Shown here: in pieces, positions 61,385 through 64,000 of the stretch
How positions within the stretch are numbered: position 1 is the first letter of the stretch
How the letters are laid out: the number at the start of each line of letters is the position of its first letter
Source: Paraspadella gotoi
Lineage: Eukaryota; Animalia; Chaetognatha
Assembly (NCBI GenBank): GCA_051294375.1
Contig: CM119269.1
Location: 20,006,814-20,070,813, forward strand
DNA: 64,000 nt
Reading direction: 5' to 3'
Program-made: the position numbers and the translations under genes
Notes under the pieces: model-generated
What the model was told of the DNA's origin: nothing
Database searches by the model: none
The model's input: the letters and a program-made list of their open reading frames with translations, nothing else

Positions 61385-62567
61385 TCATCTTCATATTCCC
61401 TACCGCACGATTCCTCTTTTCACCTTCATTTTTCCTCCTTTATCCTCATATGGACTTTCTATCAGTCATTCCACTCTCTTCCCGAACCCCCTTCTTTCCT
61501 TTACTCCGTTAAAAAAAGAAAGAAGCCAGTTTTCAATAATCCTTTTTTCTAATAACTAAACCCCGAGCCTTGATTGGCCAGCTGTCATCCCTGGGTGATT
61601 GTCCAGCTGGTTTTAAAAAGGGAATTATCTTAATCTTTTTTTCGCATCGAAAGTATACACATTACGTTACATCAAAAATATGAAAATATTGAAAACAAAC
61701 AAATATGTTTTTATCTTCTCTTTTGCATCTGAACGGATTAGACGTGAAACGCTGTCGAAGTTGCTTTCACGCAGCGAAGATAAACCCATACGAGATTAAA
61801 TCCCTTTCGAATTGAATCCCTTTCCTGAATAAATCCCTTTCGTGATTAAATTACTTTCTCTTTTTTACTCATTTTTATTTTTTGTCTTTTGAAACCAATA
61901 GAGATATGTACTACTTAACGATGCTCTCTCGACGAACGACGTGTATCGCTGAGCTACAGCTTAACAAATGAACTCGTTACTTGACTTTAGAATATCTCCT
62001 TTGTTTATTTCAAATTTAACTGTTCTTAGCCGAATCGCAGATTCGTTCTCTGTAATCCACTACGTCGGGCCGTCGGTTCCACCCCTAAATCCTATCGGTA
62101 AATCACTTGAATCATCTCAGATCATCAAATAATAAAAAAAAAAGCAAAACAATCGAATTCCGTCCGTCCGTCTATCTGTTTAATCACGTTTTGTGGACGC
62201 GATTTCTCTATTTAATTTTGTTTTTTTAAATGAGTGTAAATGCTTGTTGTAACAACAACTTCTCCCTTTATAACAATCATCGCAACCAGCGCTAAGTGAT
62301 AGTGGGCGGATCAGGCATTGTGTTCCCAAACTTAATGTCGCCCATATTTCAAGGAGCTTCTCTCTTCTCTCTCCTCTCCAAGTAGGAGAACGAGCCCGAA
62401 TGTCAGTCCATCCCGGCACCCCACACCCCCTTCAACCTTCTTTTCCGACCCTGCACAAAACTTTCTATCCCCCGCTCCAAGGCTCGCTCCGCAAATCTCC
62501 CTCTCTTGGAATTCGTAGATTATTGTGTCATTTCGACTTTGAGATCACGAGACGGCGAATCGATAAC

Positions 62568-62639
<72 letters not shown>

Positions 62640-62865
62640 CAGAAGTGCATTCCATCCTCTCCTCATTTCCTCATTTTCGCTTTAAAGACGCACGTCAACT
62701 TCTGGTTTCGCGTCCGTCGAAATTTTTGGGCATTAATCCAAAGTTTCTTTCTCCCGGGGGACGCGGCGAAAGCAAGAGGCCGGCGGCCGTGGTGGATTTA
62801 GCTTGTCTCAATTATGGTCGTTCGCCCCGTCCTCGTCGGTCGGCGATGGAATCGAAAAATAGGGA

Positions 62866-62920
62866 AAATGACAATGAAGTTATGACAATGAAGTTATGAC
62901 AATGAAGTTATGACAATGAG
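62866..62920. repeat. 14 bp minisatellite, about 3.5 copies
   Basis: (ATGACAATGAAGTT)n visible directly. Confidence 0.85.
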
Positions 62921-64000
62921 GAGCAAATTTAACCGGAAATCCCTCGAAGGAAGAGGCGGATGATACAGATACTGACTTGGGAGGCCTTATTTGACTATGG
63001 ATGGACTTTTTTAAAAAAGGAGCGAAATAAAATGTCCGTCGGTTTGTTTTTCTTTTTTTTTTTGGATCAAAACAAAAACGCGGCGGCGCAGCGAACGGAA
63101 GAGAGAGGGAAAAAAAAAGGCTAACGCCGCAGCTGCCGAGTTAAGCCGTGGATTCCGAGACCGCTCGCCGCCGCAGCCTCCTGCTCCGTCGTTGTTGTTG
63201 ATTTTGTCGTTTTTGTTGTTAAAGTTATCGCCGTATAACTTTTAGGGACGCGTTAAGCGAATAACAAAGTTTAACTACAGTGAACAATTTAATTTTATTA
63301 TTAATAAATGTTTGCTAATTATCCTACGAGATAGATGTTTGCAATCGATCAAACTCGGGACTGGAACGCTCAATATCCAGAGTTTGGCGTACTACCTATG
63401 CCTCAAAGGCCGCCTGCTGCAGGCGCGCCGCCTCTCTCTTCCTCGGCGACGCAGAGTCCGCCTCAGCCACGGCGAAGACGCGGCGCCAAAATCCCTGCCT
63501 CCAACCAAATCCGCGCTTAATCTGTTTTCCATAGATATCCAATCCAAATTAGGTAACGACTTTCTCTTCGTCGTTTGCGTGTGCATTGGTGCATGCGTTC
63601 ATGCGTGTGTCATTGAGTGTGTGCTATGAAGCATGCATCGTTGTTGCGTGGGTTCTAACATATATGTCGTTGAGTACATTGCGAGACATGTTTTCAAGCA
63701 TGCGTCATTTATGAATTCTTTCAACCGTTCGTCATTGAGTGGGTCGAGGTGGGTTCTTCGTTTATGACTGCTTCGTGTCCCTTGCAAGTGACTTGCTAAT
63801 TTCTTGGGCCTTTTAAGACCTTGACAACTTTGGAAGCAACGATGGTACGATGTTACCTACGTTTGTCACACCTCCCTATCTTGAGTTCTTGACTATGTCT
63901 ATTAGTTTTTGTGATCAATTAATATATTTATAATTAATTGTTAATTAAAAAGGACAGAGACGGAGACAAAATGTCAGCAATGACGACGACGACGATCGTC

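Noticed and set aside
63335-63552. Pro-rich short ORF with an FSID (eh1-like) word in a neighbouring frame
   Set aside because: Motif is incomplete and the frames disagree; insufficient to call a gene

Overview
Fragment of an invertebrate-type animal draft assembly: GT-AG spliced genes, AT-rich introns, abundant (GA)n/(GAC)n/(GAT)n microsatellites and many N gaps. No prokaryotic operons or CRISPR. Manual exon reconstruction supports six genes. (1) A multi-exon cadherin-repeat/SEA/single-TM gene (~11.7-28.3 kb, +). (2) Nested in one of its introns on the same strand, a type II membrane C-type lectin gene whose third CTLD appears split by an inserted SRCR domain. (3) An intron-containing AsaB/CmcJ/NvfI-like Fe(II)/2-oxoglutarate oxygenase (-), a family I know mainly from bacteria and fungi, so an HGT candidate. 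(4) An unknown coiled-coil/Pro-Glu-repeat protein. (5) An intact 9-exon LDH-fold gene lacking the catalytic His and the loop Arg, so a probable pseudoenzyme. (6) A U6 snRNA gene with TATA box. A ~7.2 kb tandem duplication and three fold-back regions are indel-rich and look like long-read assembly artefacts. Three real dispersed repeat families are also visible. All protein family calls are by motif recognition, not database search.
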